Source: an uncultured Sphingomonadaceae bacterium
GTDB taxonomy: Bacteria > Pseudomonadota > Alphaproteobacteria > Sphingomonadales > Sphingomonadaceae
Length of the DNA stretch: 64,000 nt
Direction: 5' to 3'
Assembly: GCA_937996655.1 (NCBI GenBank)
Contig: CALKUK010000015.1
Location: 198,740-262,739, forward strand
The first letter of the stretch is position 1, and the number at the start of each line of letters is the position of its first letter. Both the position numbers and the translations under genes were made by a program. Under the pieces are notes generated by a model. The model was not told the origin of the DNA. It worked only from the letters and a program-made list of their open reading frames with translations, and ran no database searches. Positions 17,720 to 27,580 of the stretch are shown here, piece after piece.

Positions 17720-19057
17720 TCACCAAAAGGCAGGCGGCGGCGCATAGCCGCGGATGCGGTCATTCAGCATCCGGGCCTGCGCGATGAGCATCGCTTCCCC
17801 ACCCATGGGGCCAATCAGCTGCAGGCCAATGGGCAGGTCCCTATGATCGCGCCCGGCCGGGATGGTGATGGCGGGCAGCCCTGCAATATTGGCGAGCACG
17901 GTAAAGTCGGCGATGGACTGTGGCATCGTGCCACCGGCTTCAAATGCTGTGACAGGCGTTGTCGGCGTCACCAAGATGCCGTTACTCCCCATCTCGCGGC
18001 GGAGCATCTGGGACACCTGATCAACAAGATGCCGGTCCTGCCGGAGCTTCTCTTCATCTCGGTCCACCACGCGCTCGAGGAGATGCATCACTTCTTCGGA
18101 AACACGCGCGCAGCGCGCCTCCCCCAAATCGACGAGGGTCGGGATGAGATCCCGCAGGGCCAGAATATAGGTCGCCTTTCGGGCCGACGCGCCATCCGGA
18201 CGCACAACAATTTCACCCTGACGGTCCGGCAAATCGGCCTGGATCATGGCGAGTTTTTCAGCAACCTCCCCGTCAACCGGTGTGCCCCCATGATTAACCA
18301 GGACCGAGAAATGAGACCGTCGCATCGCCGTCGCGAGGTCTGGCGAACATAGAATATTGGTGAGGATCGCCATGTCATCCATCGACCGCGTGATCGGCCC
18401 AATCGCGTCAAAGCGCGCGGAAAAGGGCACGAGCCCTGCCGTCAGGATGGTGCCCGGTGTGGGCTTCAGGCCATAGACCCCACAAAAGGCCGAAGGGATG
18501 CGAATGGACCCCAACGTATCGGTGCCCAAGGCCGCCACGCAAAGGCCCGCCGCAACGGCCGCCGCACTGCCGCCCGATGAGCCCCCGGGCGACCGGTTAT
18601 GCCCATGCGGATTAAGGCAGCGGCCAAAAAAGGGATTGTCCGTCGTCGCGCCAACGGCGGCTTCGTGCATGTTCGTCGTGCCGATGATGATCGCCCCGGC
18701 ATCCCGGAGCCGCTGAACAACGGCGGCATCCTCTTCGGCAATGATGCCGCGTCTGGCCTCCATCCCGGCCGCCAGTTCCAGCCCTTTGACGGCAATGTTT
18801 GATTTGACGGCAATCGGGATGCCTTCAAGCGGGCGGCGGCTGTCTGCTGCAAATCGGGCGTCGCTCAAAAATGCAGCCGCCCGCGCGGCCTTTGCGTCGA
18901 CCTCAACAAAGGATCGCAACCGATCATCCAGATCGGCGATACGGCCCAGATAATGATCCAGCACGACCGATGGCGACGTCTCGCCTCGGGCGAAGGCGTT
19001 GTGAAGTTCGGTAATGCCAAGACGATGGAAGTCCCCCGACTTCGGCATGTGTCTCAT
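17720..19057 (-). CDS. Amidase-signature family enzyme
   Basis: IAVK.NI, GGSSGGSAAAVAAG and GTDTLGSIRIPS give an intact Lys-Ser-Ser triad. Confidence 0.9.
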   Translation of the reverse strand: MRHMPKSGDFHRLGITELHNAFARGETSPSVVLDHYLGRIADLDDRLRSFVEVDAKAARAAAFLSDARFAADSRRPLEGIPIAVKSNIAVKGLELAAGMEARRGIIAEEDAAVVQRLRDAGAIIIGTTNMHEAAVGATTDNPFFGRCLNPHGHNRSPGGSSGGSAAAVAAGLCVAALGTDTLGSIRIPSAFCGVYGLKPTPGTILTAGLVPFSARFDAIGPITRSMDDMAILTNILCSPDLATAMRRSHFSVLVNHGGTPVDGEVAEKLAMIQADLPDRQGEIVVRPDGASARKATYILALRDLIPTLVDLGEARCARVSEEVMHLLERVVDRDEEKLRQDRHLVDQVSQMLRREMGSNGILVTPTTPVTAFEAGGTMPQSIADFTVLANIAGLPAITIPAGRDHRDLPIGLQLIGPMGGEAMLIAQARMLNDRIRGYAPPPAFW

Positions 19058-19155
19058 TCCATTCTCTGCGACCTGACCCTTTATCGGGCCTTGGCTCCAC
19101 TATGGCATCAATTCTGCCTCAGCCGTCAATAGGCAATCCCGATGCCGCAACGAAA

Positions 19156-19199
19156 GAAGGGCCGGAACCGCGGCATAACCCGCGCTCCCGACCCATCCT
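19156..19199 (-). terminator. Probable terminator hairpin after the PEP-CTERM gene
   Basis: On the minus strand, an imperfect GC stem ggtcgggagcgcggg...ccgcggttccggccc followed by ttcttt. Confidence 0.55.
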
Positions 19200-19217
19200 T
19201 CATCGCGTCTCTATGGC

Positions 19218-19826
19218 TTAGGCGTAGGCGACGGTCGTCGTCACCCGGCGGCGGCGCATGGCCGCGCCGACCAGACCGAAACCACCCAGCATCAGAGCCC
19301 AGGCGGCTGGCTCCGGCACGTTGGACCTCACATTGGTGAAGATGAAGGCCAGATCTTCATAATCCAGATCACCGCCACCAGCGAGGTCTTCAAAGCCGAC
19401 ATAGGTGCCAGCCGGAAGGCCAAAATCACCCCCGGCATAGCCGGTTGCATAAATATGCGTGATCTTGTCAGCGTTGAGCGCGCGGTTGGAATAGAACAGG
19501 TCGCCTGTATTGGTCACCCGCAGACGGAAGGTCAGCACATCCCCTGCGGTCACTGGTCCAAAGTCCAGTGAGTCCCCAATGGCCGATGTCTGATTGTTCA
19601 GCCCTTCAATGCCCGTGTCGACACCATTGATCAAAAGGCCGAGAAGATTGGTGAAGCCACCACCATTGCCGGCGAAATAAGCCACGATATTGCCGGTCGA
19701 CGCAGCCGTGAAGCTATAGTCGATCGGGTTGACCGTGCCGGGGTTGGGATAAAGCGGAATGGCCGCCTGAGCTTGGCCCGCCAGCAGTGCAGCACCGCCA
19801 GCCAATGCAAGTAAGTAAGTCTTCAT
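19218..19826 (-). CDS. PEPxxWA-CTERM sorted surface protein with a DUF4114-like acidic motif
   Basis: N-terminal signal peptide; C-terminal VPEPAAWALMLGGFGLVGAAMRRRR; YVGFEDLAGGGDLDYEDL motif. Confidence 0.9.
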   Translation of the reverse strand: MKTYLLALAGGAALLAGQAQAAIPLYPNPGTVNPIDYSFTAASTGNIVAYFAGNGGGFTNLLGLLINGVDTGIEGLNNQTSAIGDSLDFGPVTAGDVLTFRLRVTNTGDLFYSNRALNADKITHIYATGYAGGDFGLPAGTYVGFEDLAGGGDLDYEDLAFIFTNVRSNVPEPAAWALMLGGFGLVGAAMRRRRVTTTVAYA

Positions 19827-19970
19827 GTCGGCTCTCCTTCGTTAGAATGAGTGCGACCCGACGTAGATTTTTCATTGGTAAAGGCGCTTTTAACGCAGAA
19901 AACGGCCCAAGTCACGCCGGTTGACCGGGCTCCCCGTCCCAAAACAGGATTTCGGGACGGTAGGAGGGAT

Positions 19971-22900
19971 TTAGGAGACGAGCGCCAGCCTTGGCATCTC
20001 GGCGGCGGACAGGGCCACAGAGACAATGCCGGCCAGGGACTCCATCCGGGCGGCAAGTTCGGCATCAAGCGCAAAACTGCGGCCAAGACGGACGCGGGCA
20101 GACGCGCCGTGCCCGAGTTCGGCCTGAACGACGACTTCGCCCCTGCCGCCACTCTCGCCATGGAGAAGCGCGGCCAAAGCGGGGATCGCGGCACTTTCCG
20201 ACACGGTGACGACCGCCATCAACCGGCTGTTTGAGGCAAGGCCTTCCATCGGCTGAATGCGCTTGATCGTGACGCGTGGGGTTTCTTCGCCGGGCTGCCG
20301 GTCCAATTCCACAGTGATGAGGCCGCAGGCATTAGCGTTAGCGGCCTCTTCCGTTTCCTTGGCCGTAATCTCGTCAAAACAGCTGGCGATGAATTGGCCG
20401 GTCGCATCAGACACCGCGCAATTGGCATAGCGGCGTCCGCGTGCCGAGGTCCGCCATTTCACATCTTCGATCAGCACCGCCATGACGGCGCCTGTCCGCG
20501 CCCCATCCGCAGGCGCAGGCTGGCTGCACAATGTGGCATAGTCCCGCGCGCCATGGGCCGAGGCCACGTGACGATAACGGTCCACCGGATGGGCGGAGAA
20601 ATAGAAACCAAAGGCCTCACGTTCCTGCGCCATGCGTTCAGCCAAGGTCCAATGCGCGCTTGGCGGCAGTTTGATGGCCACGACCTTATGCTCGTCTCCG
20701 CCAAATAGTCCGCCTTGCCCGCTGGTGCGCGCATTTTCAGCCTCAGCCGCAACGGCAAGGAGCGTTTCTGCAATGGCGTGAACACCGGCACGGCTGGTTT
20801 CCAGCGCATCAAACGCGCCCCCGGCGGCGAGGCTTTCAATCTGACGCCGATTAACTAGGCGCGGGCTGATCCGATCAGCAAAGTCGTCAAGCGAGACGAA
20901 CGGACCATTCGCGGCACGTTCTGCCACCACCTGTTCCATTGCGCCTTCCCCCACGCCCTTCAGCGCGCCAAGCGCATAGCGGACGCCGACCACATCCTCC
21001 TGCGGCTCCACCTCAAAATCCGCACCACTGATGTTGATGCACGGCGCAAGCGCAGGCACGCCCAGCCGCCGCATATCGTCCATGAAGATCGACAGCTTAT
21101 CGGTGTTGGAGATATCAAAGCTCATCGAGCCGGCGAAGAATTCCGCCGGGAAATGCGCCTTCAGCCAAGCCGTCTGATAAGCGAGCAGCGCATAAGCGGC
21201 GGCGTGCGACTTGTTGAAACCATAGCCTGCAAACTTGTCGATCAAATCGAACAGCTCATTCGCTTTAGCCGCATCGATGGCATTATGTTCGGCACAGCCC
21301 TGCACAAAGATGGCACGCTGTTCGTCCATCTCTTTCTGGATCTTCTTGCCCATGGCGCGGCGGAGCATGTCAGCGCCGCCCAGCGTGTAGCCGGCCAGGA
21401 TCTGTGCGGCCTGCATGACCTGTTCCTGATAGACGAAAATCCCGTAGGTTTCGGACAATATACCTTCGAGGAGCGGGTGCGGATATTCAATTGGCACCCG
21501 TCCGTTCTTACGGTCGCCAAAGAGCGGGATGTTGTCCATCGGGCCCGGACGGTAGAGGGAGACGAGCGCGATAATGTCTCCAAAATTGGACGGGCGGACA
21601 GCCGCCAGCGTGCGGCGCATCCCTTCCGATTCCAGCTGGAACACGCCGACCGTGTCGCCCTTTTGCAGCAGGGCATAAACGCCTGCATCATCCCACGTCA
21701 GGCCATCGACATCGGGCCGCGTGCCGGTGCGCCGCTCAATCAGGTCCAGCGCGCGCTGGATGACAGACAGCGTCTTGAGGCCCAGAAAGTCGAACTTCAC
21801 CAGCCCTGCGCCTTCGACATATTTCATGTCGAACTGCGTCACCGGCATGTCCGAGCGCGGATCACGGTAGAGCGGCACGAGCTGATCGAGCGGGCGATCC
21901 CCGATGACGACACCGGCAGCGTGGGTGGAGCTGTGGCGCGGCAGGCCCTCCAGCTTCATCGCCAGATCGAGCAGCTGCCGGACCTGCCGGTCATTCTTAT
22001 ATTCCGCCGCCAGCTCACTCACACCGTTCAGCGCGCGGTCCAGCGTCCAAGGGTCGGTCGGGTGGTTCGGGATCAGCTTGGCCAACCGGTCCACCTGCCC
22101 ATAGCTCATCTGGAGCACGCGGCCAGTGTCTTTCAGAACGGCGCGCGCCTTCATCGTCCCGAAGGTGATGATCTGCGCCACATGGTCCGCGCCATATTTC
22201 TGCTGGACGTAGCGGATGACTTCGCCACGCCGCGTTTCACAAAAGTCGATGTCGAAGTCGGGCATCGACACACGTTCCGGGTTGAGGAAACGTTCAAACA
22301 GCAGGCCGAGCTTGATCGGATCGAGATCGGTAATCGTCAGCGCCCAGGCAACGGCAGAGCCTGCACCTGACCCACGGCCCGGTCCCACCGCAATGCCATT
22401 GTCCTTGGCCCATTTGATAAAGTCGGCAACGATCAGGAAGTAGCCGGGAAAGCCCATCTGGACGATGACGTTGAGCTCAAAGTCGAGCCGCTGGAAATAG
22501 ACATCGCGATCCGCATCGGGGATGTGCGCCAGCCGACGTTCCAACCCGGCATGGGCATCCGCGCGCAGCTGATCCGCCTCGCCCTCCTTGTCTCCCACTG
22601 TGGGGAGGATCGGTGCCCGCTTGGGCGCCATGACCGCGCACCGCTGCGCGACGACAAGGGTATTAGCGAGCGCCTCTGGCAGGTCTTCAAACAGACGCTG
22701 CATCTCCTTGGCGGGCTTCATCCAGGCATCGGGGGAGCTGCGGCTGCGGTCCTCACTCTCCACATAGGCGCTCGCCGCGATGCACAGCATGGCATCATGC
22801 GCGGCATGGAAGTCTGCCTCGGCAAAGTTCGCCGGATTGGTCGCGACGAGCGGAATGTCCTTGGCATAGGCCAGATCGAGCAGCGCGGCTTCAGATGCGC

Positions 22901-23447
22901 CCTCCACCGGATCAAGACGGCGCGACACTTCAACATACAGACGATCAGGGAAGAGCGACATCAGGCGGGTGACATAAGCGTCTGCGGCGCCGTACTGCCC
23001 GTCCGCCAGCAAGCGGCAGAGTGCGCCTTCGCCACCCGCCGTCAGCGCGATTAGCCCCTCACTATGCCCTGCCAATTTATCAAAGCTGACATGCGGCGGT
23101 TCTTCCGGCGGACGTGCCAAGTGAGCAGCAGAAACCAGAGCGCACAGATTTTGATAACCCGCCTCATCCTGCGCAAACAGCGCGAGCGAATCATAGACGC
23201 GCGCCGTGCCGTCGGGCCTGTCCGGCCGCAGGACCGTCAGCAATGTGGCGATAACCGGCTGAACACCGACGCCTTTGCAGCCGTCCGAAAATTGAGGCGC
23301 GGCATAAAGACCGTTGCGGTCACACACGGCGACCGCGGGAAAGCCCAGTTCCTTCGCCCGCTTGGCAATTGCCTTCGGCTCAATCGCGCCCTCCAGCATC
23401 GTATAGGCCGAAAAGACTCGCAAAGGCACAAAGGGGGAAAAGGACAT
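19971..23447 (-). CDS. dnaE: DNA polymerase III alpha subunit
   Basis: PHP domain, GRGSGAGS, RVSMPDFDIDF, YGFNKSHA and an OB fold; 1158 aa, normal length. Confidence 0.99.
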   Translation of the reverse strand: MSFSPFVPLRVFSAYTMLEGAIEPKAIAKRAKELGFPAVAVCDRNGLYAAPQFSDGCKGVGVQPVIATLLTVLRPDRPDGTARVYDSLALFAQDEAGYQNLCALVSAAHLARPPEEPPHVSFDKLAGHSEGLIALTAGGEGALCRLLADGQYGAADAYVTRLMSLFPDRLYVEVSRRLDPVEGASEAALLDLAYAKDIPLVATNPANFAEADFHAAHDAMLCIAASAYVESEDRSRSSPDAWMKPAKEMQRLFEDLPEALANTLVVAQRCAVMAPKRAPILPTVGDKEGEADQLRADAHAGLERRLAHIPDADRDVYFQRLDFELNVIVQMGFPGYFLIVADFIKWAKDNGIAVGPGRGSGAGSAVAWALTITDLDPIKLGLLFERFLNPERVSMPDFDIDFCETRRGEVIRYVQQKYGADHVAQIITFGTMKARAVLKDTGRVLQMSYGQVDRLAKLIPNHPTDPWTLDRALNGVSELAAEYKNDRQVRQLLDLAMKLEGLPRHSSTHAAGVVIGDRPLDQLVPLYRDPRSDMPVTQFDMKYVEGAGLVKFDFLGLKTLSVIQRALDLIERRTGTRPDVDGLTWDDAGVYALLQKGDTVGVFQLESEGMRRTLAAVRPSNFGDIIALVSLYRPGPMDNIPLFGDRKNGRVPIEYPHPLLEGILSETYGIFVYQEQVMQAAQILAGYTLGGADMLRRAMGKKIQKEMDEQRAIFVQGCAEHNAIDAAKANELFDLIDKFAGYGFNKSHAAAYALLAYQTAWLKAHFPAEFFAGSMSFDISNTDKLSIFMDDMRRLGVPALAPCINISGADFEVEPQEDVVGVRYALGALKGVGEGAMEQVVAERAANGPFVSLDDFADRISPRLVNRRQIESLAAGGAFDALETSRAGVHAIAETLLAVAAEAENARTSGQGGLFGGDEHKVVAIKLPPSAHWTLAERMAQEREAFGFYFSAHPVDRYRHVASAHGARDYATLCSQPAPADGARTGAVMAVLIEDVKWRTSARGRRYANCAVSDATGQFIASCFDEITAKETEEAANANACGLITVELDRQPGEETPRVTIKRIQPMEGLASNSRLMAVVTVSESAAIPALAALLHGESGGRGEVVVQAELGHGASARVRLGRSFALDAELAARMESLAGIVSVALSAAEMPRLALVS

Positions 23448-23535
23448 GGTCGGACTGTAGGCAGCACAGCCCGTATTGTTAACAGCGCCAATGGACGGAG
23501 TTGGGGATAAGTTGGGGGTAGGGTCAATGCCCCCA

Positions 23536-23605
23536 CGTCATGCCAGCGAAGGCTGGCATCTCGAGCACCCGGTCAAGGAGACCCCAGCCTTCGCTGGGGT
23601 GACGG
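23536..23605. repeat. CGTC-tagged palindromic repeat, family 1, copy A
   Basis: cgtca-TGCCAGC-gaag-GCTGGCA-tctc...gaga-CCCCAGC-cttc-GCTGGGG-tgacgg; near-identical inverted copy at 45151-45221. Confidence 0.9.
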
Positions 23606-23616
23606 TTACCCTGCCC

Positions 23617-24093
23617 CTAAAGCAGCTTCTGGATATCCTTCTCAATGCTCTCCGGCTTATCGGTCGGGGCGTAGCGGCCAACCACATTGCCGTGCTTGTC
23701 GATCAGGAACTTAGTGAAGTTCCATTTGATCGCCTTGGTGCCCAGCAGGCCGGGCTTGGCCGCTTTGAGATGATCGTAGAGCGGCTCTGCCTTGTCACCA
23801 TTGACGTCAATCTTCGCCATAAGCGGGAAGGACACGTCATAGTTGAGCGAGCAGAAATTGGCGATTTCCGCAGCATCGCCCGGTTCCTGCGCGCCGAATT
23901 GGTTGCAGGGAAAGCCGAGCACTGTCAGCCCCTTTTCGCCATATTTGCGCTGCAGCTCTTCCAAGCCTTTATATTGCGGCGTGAACCCGCATTTGGACGC
24001 GGTGTTGACGATCAGGATCGGCCCGCCTGCATAGTCGGCCAGCTTCTGGTCGCTGCCATCGGGCTTCTTCACCGTAAAATCATGGACGTTCAT
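23617..24093 (-). CDS. Glutathione peroxidase (Cys type)
   Basis: VNTASKCGFTPQY, LGFPCNQFGAQEPG and WNFTKFL. Confidence 0.97.
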   Translation of the reverse strand: MNVHDFTVKKPDGSDQKLADYAGGPILIVNTASKCGFTPQYKGLEELQRKYGEKGLTVLGFPCNQFGAQEPGDAAEIANFCSLNYDVSFPLMAKIDVNGDKAEPLYDHLKAAKPGLLGTKAIKWNFTKFLIDKHGNVVGRYAPTDKPESIEKDIQKLL

Positions 24094-24151
24094 CGCGCGC
24101 TCCTCCTCTGTGTTGGGATGGTGCTAGCATAGGCCGATACAAGGCTGCTAG

Positions 24152-25426
24152 ATGCCTGACATGACATCGGCCGCCGTGCCCAATCCCGCCCCTCAGAAAA
24201 GCTGGTCCGCAGCGCGAAAGCTTATGGCGGGACTGCTCGGCGCGGTGCTGGTTCTCGTTGTGCTGACGCTCAGCATCGCGCCCGACATGGACACCGCAGC
24301 GCCGCCTGCATCGGCCGATGTGATCGCCGCCCGCACCGCCTTTGACAGGGTGCGCGCGCAGGCCGGAACAGGCAAGCCGGTCCCGACCTTCATCAGCTGG
24401 CGGGAGGCGCAAGGCGGAGGCCTGCTGCTCGGTCGTGCGCTGGGGATTGAGCGAGTGCACACCCGCCCGACACCAGACAGCGCCTTAATTCAAACGAGCG
24501 TTCCCGTCGGGCCGCTCTGGGCCAATGTCTCAGCGACCCTCCTACCGACGCCGGCCGGCTTTCCCGACATCAGAATAAGGATTGGCTGGATAACCCTGCC
24601 GCCCTTTCTCACGCGGCCTTTGGCGCGGCTGGCGGTGTTCACGCTCAACCTGCGCGGGGCGCAACTGAAGTCACCGGATGAGATGGTCAACGGCCTCATC
24701 ATCACGCCTGCGGGCCTCAGCACGCGTCTCAACCTGCCACGCCGGACCCGCCTGCTGCGGCAGTTGAACGATGTGCAGGCAGACCCTGTCGATCAGGCGC
24801 TGGTCGCGAACATCTATTGTCGCCTCGCGCGCGAACAAACCGCCAATCCGTCCATGGACCTTGCCACCCAAGTCCGGCGCGCCTTCAAAGAACGGCCCGT
24901 TGGCAGCAGTGCAGAGGGTGCCAACCGCGCCGCCTTTGTCGCGCTCGCCATGTTCACCGTCTCCTCCAATGCGGGCAATCTGGCGGGCGACGCCGTGGAT
25001 GCGACCAAGCCCTGCCGCATCCCACCGCAGCCCTTAATGCTGATCGGCCGCAATGATCTGCCCAAGCACTGGACGCTCTCCGCCGCACTGGCCGCGCTTT
25101 ACGGCGAAGATATTTCGCGGGCGATGGGCACGTGGAAGGAAATTTCCGACAGCGGCCCCAATGGCTCCGGCTTCTCCTTTGTTGATCTGTCAGCAGACCG
25201 ATCAGGCATTCATTGGGCGGTAAAGGCCGGAGATGCAGCGCAGGCAGAGGCCGCCCGTCGCACGCTTGCGACTGTGACCGAGGCCCAGATCGTCCCCTTA
25301 CATGCGCTCGCTTTATCCGAAGGGATGACCGAGGCTGAATTTCAGGCGCGCTACACCAGCACCGAAAGCCCGGAATATGCCGCCATGGTCGACCGGATCG
25401 ATCGGGTTCTGAAAGGGCAGGAATAG
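24152..25426 (+). CDS. Membrane-anchored conserved hypothetical protein
   Basis: One N-terminal hydrophobic segment; C-terminal RNDLPKHW.LSA...KE.SD...SGFSFVDLSADRSG motif set; plausible codon use; 424 aa. Confidence 0.75.
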   Translation: MPDMTSAAVPNPAPQKSWSAARKLMAGLLGAVLVLVVLTLSIAPDMDTAAPPASADVIAARTAFDRVRAQAGTGKPVPTFISWREAQGGGLLLGRALGIERVHTRPTPDSALIQTSVPVGPLWANVSATLLPTPAGFPDIRIRIGWITLPPFLTRPLARLAVFTLNLRGAQLKSPDEMVNGLIITPAGLSTRLNLPRRTRLLRQLNDVQADPVDQALVANIYCRLAREQTANPSMDLATQVRRAFKERPVGSSAEGANRAAFVALAMFTVSSNAGNLAGDAVDATKPCRIPPQPLMLIGRNDLPKHWTLSAALAALYGEDISRAMGTWKEISDSGPNGSGFSFVDLSADRSGIHWAVKAGDAAQAEAARRTLATVTEAQIVPLHALALSEGMTEAEFQARYTSTESPEYAAMVDRIDRVLKGQE

Positions 25427-25447
25427 GCTGCCAGCCCCTCCACACAC

Positions 25448-25550
25448 CCGCTCACCCTGAGCTTGCCGAAGGGTTGCACGTCTTACCACGCATGTTTGAA
25501 GACATCCGCCCAAAACAAGGGCGGTGCTTCGACAAGCTCAGCACGCACGG
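25448..25550. repeat. Palindromic intergenic repeat, family 2, copy A
   Basis: ccgctcacc-CTGAGCTTGCCGAAGGG...tgCTTCGACAAGCTCAG-cacgcacgg; related inverted copy at 63467-63554; lies between convergent genes. Confidence 0.85.
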
Positions 25551-25584
25551 AGCGGGAGAAACCGGAGGCCTGTACCCGCCACGC

Positions 25585-26856
25585 TTAAGCAGCGTCGCCG
25601 GCGACTTCCTTTGATTTCTTGGCGTAGACGCGGACCGGTTCTTTCTTGCCCGCGACGACATCCTTGTCGATCATCACCTCATCCACATCTTCCATCGTCG
25701 GAAGATCGAACATGGTGTCGAGCAGAATGCCTTCGAGGATCGAGCGGAGGCCGCGCGCGCCTGTCTTGCGCTCAATGGCGCGCTTGGCGACCGCCGTCAG
25801 CGCGTCGTCGGTGAAGTCGAGTTCGACTTCTTCCATCTCGAACAGCTTCTTATACTGCTTCACCAGCGCGTTCTTCGGCTCGATCAGGATCTTCACGAGC
25901 GCATCGACGTCCAGATCTTCCAGCGTCGCGATGACGGGCAGACGGCCGACAAATTCTGGGATCAAGCCGTATTTCAGCAGATCTTCCGGTTCACTCTGCT
26001 TCAGAATGTCGCCGGTGCGGCGATCATCCGGCGAAGCGACGTTGGCGCCGAAACCAATGGATTTGCCCTGCAGACGGTCTGCGATGATCTTTTCAAGGCC
26101 GGCAAAGGCACCGCCGCAGATGAAGAGGATGTTGGTCGTGTCGACCTGCAGGAATTCCTGTTGCGGATGCTTGCGGCCACCCTGCGGCGGAACACTGGCA
26201 ACCGTGCCTTCCATCATCTTCAGCAGGGCCTGCTGCACCCCTTCACCCGAGACGTCGCGCGTGATGGAGGGGTTTTCGGCCTTGCGGCTGATCTTGTCGA
26301 TTTCGTCGATGTAGACGATGCCGCGCTGGGCGCGTTCCACATTGTAATCCGACGCCTGAAGCAGCTTCAGGATGATGTTTTCAACATCTTCGCCAACATA
26401 GCCCGCTTCGGTCAACGTCGTGGCATCCGCCATGGTGAACGGCACATCGAGGATGCGGGCCAGCGTCTGGGCGAGCAGCGTCTTGCCGCAACCCGTGGGG
26501 CCGACGAGCAGGATGTTCGACTTGGCCAGTTCAACATCCGCACCCTTCGCACCGTGGTTCAGGCGCTTATAGTGGTTGTGAACCGCAACCGAGAGGACGC
26601 GCTTCGCCTTGGGCTGACCAATGACGTAATCGTCGAGAACTTTGCAGATTTCCTGCGGGCTCGGCACGCCGCCATCCTTTTTGGAAACGAGCGCTGTCTT
26701 CGTTTCTTCCCGGATGATGTCATTGCACAGGTCCACGCATTCATCACAGATGAACACGGTGGGGCCCGCAATGAGCTTTCGCACCTCATGCTGAGATTTG
26801 CCGCAGAAGGAGCAATAAAGCGTGCTCTTGGTGTCGCTGCCGCTCAACTTGGTCAT
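25585..26856 (-). CDS. clpX: ATP-dependent Clp protease ATP-binding subunit ClpX
   Basis: [15 protein letters not shown] zinc finger, [11 protein letters not shown] loop and GARGLR. Confidence 0.99.
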   Translation of the reverse strand: MTKLSGSDTKSTLYCSFCGKSQHEVRKLIAGPTVFICDECVDLCNDIIREETKTALVSKKDGGVPSPQEICKVLDDYVIGQPKAKRVLSVAVHNHYKRLNHGAKGADVELAKSNILLVGPTGCGKTLLAQTLARILDVPFTMADATTLTEAGYVGEDVENIILKLLQASDYNVERAQRGIVYIDEIDKISRKAENPSITRDVSGEGVQQALLKMMEGTVASVPPQGGRKHPQQEFLQVDTTNILFICGGAFAGLEKIIADRLQGKSIGFGANVASPDDRRTGDILKQSEPEDLLKYGLIPEFVGRLPVIATLEDLDVDALVKILIEPKNALVKQYKKLFEMEEVELDFTDDALTAVAKRAIERKTGARGLRSILEGILLDTMFDLPTMEDVDEVMIDKDVVAGKKEPVRVYAKKSKEVAGDAA

Positions 26857-26930
26857 TAGAACCTTCCCGCCACGTTTGCGGCCATGTTACAATCAGATTT
26901 CATAGCAGCAATGGCTTAATTTGCGCTGAC

Positions 26931-27551
26931 TCAGCCAGCGGCTTCATCCATGGCGGCCGGGCGCTTGTCGAAAACAGCATCAACAAGGCCGAAATCCTTG
27001 GCTTCATTAGCGGTCATGAAGTTGTCGCGCTCCATGGCCTTCTCAATCGTATCAATATCCTTGCCTGTATAATCGGCATAAAGACGATTCATATTCGCAC
27101 GAATACGGAGGATTTCCTGCGCTTGGATGGCGATATCGGTCGCCTGGCCCTGCGCCCCACCCGAGGGCTGATGGATCATGATTCGCGCATTTGTCATCGC
27201 GTAACGCATGCCCGGCTCCCCTGCGGCGAGCAGGAAGGACCCCATGGACGCGGCCTGCCCGACGCAAACCGTGCCCACCTTGGGGCGGATATATTGCATG
27301 GTATCATGGATCGCCATGCCCGCTGTCACCACGCCGCCCGGCGAGTTGATGTACATCCAGATGTCCTTTTTCGGGTTTTCCGATTCGAGGAACAGAAGCT
27401 GGGCGACGATGACGGACGCCATATTATCTTCCACGCCGCCGGTCACGAACACGATGCGTTCGCGCAGCAGGCGGGAATAGATGTCAAAGCTGCGCTCTCC
27501 GCGGTTCGATTGCTCGATAACGATGGGGATCAGCGCGTCATGCGGGTTCAT
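26931..27551 (-). CDS. clpP: ATP-dependent Clp protease proteolytic subunit
   Basis: [22 protein letters not shown] (Ser), IMIHQP (His), ERDNF (Asp). Confidence 0.99.
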   Translation of the reverse strand: MNPHDALIPIVIEQSNRGERSFDIYSRLLRERIVFVTGGVEDNMASVIVAQLLFLESENPKKDIWMYINSPGGVVTAGMAIHDTMQYIRPKVGTVCVGQAASMGSFLLAAGEPGMRYAMTNARIMIHQPSGGAQGQATDIAIQAQEILRIRANMNRLYADYTGKDIDTIEKAMERDNFMTANEAKDFGLVDAVFDKRPAAMDEAAG

Positions 27552-27580
27552 GGACAGTCCTTTGCTTTTGTCTTTGGCAT

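Noticed and set aside
19971-23447. Intein or split in dnaE
   Set aside because: The 1158-aa continuous ORF is normal length, with no intein terminal motifs noticed.
23617-24093. Selenocysteine glutathione peroxidase
   Set aside because: The active site is a plain Cys (SKCG) with no in-frame TGA.
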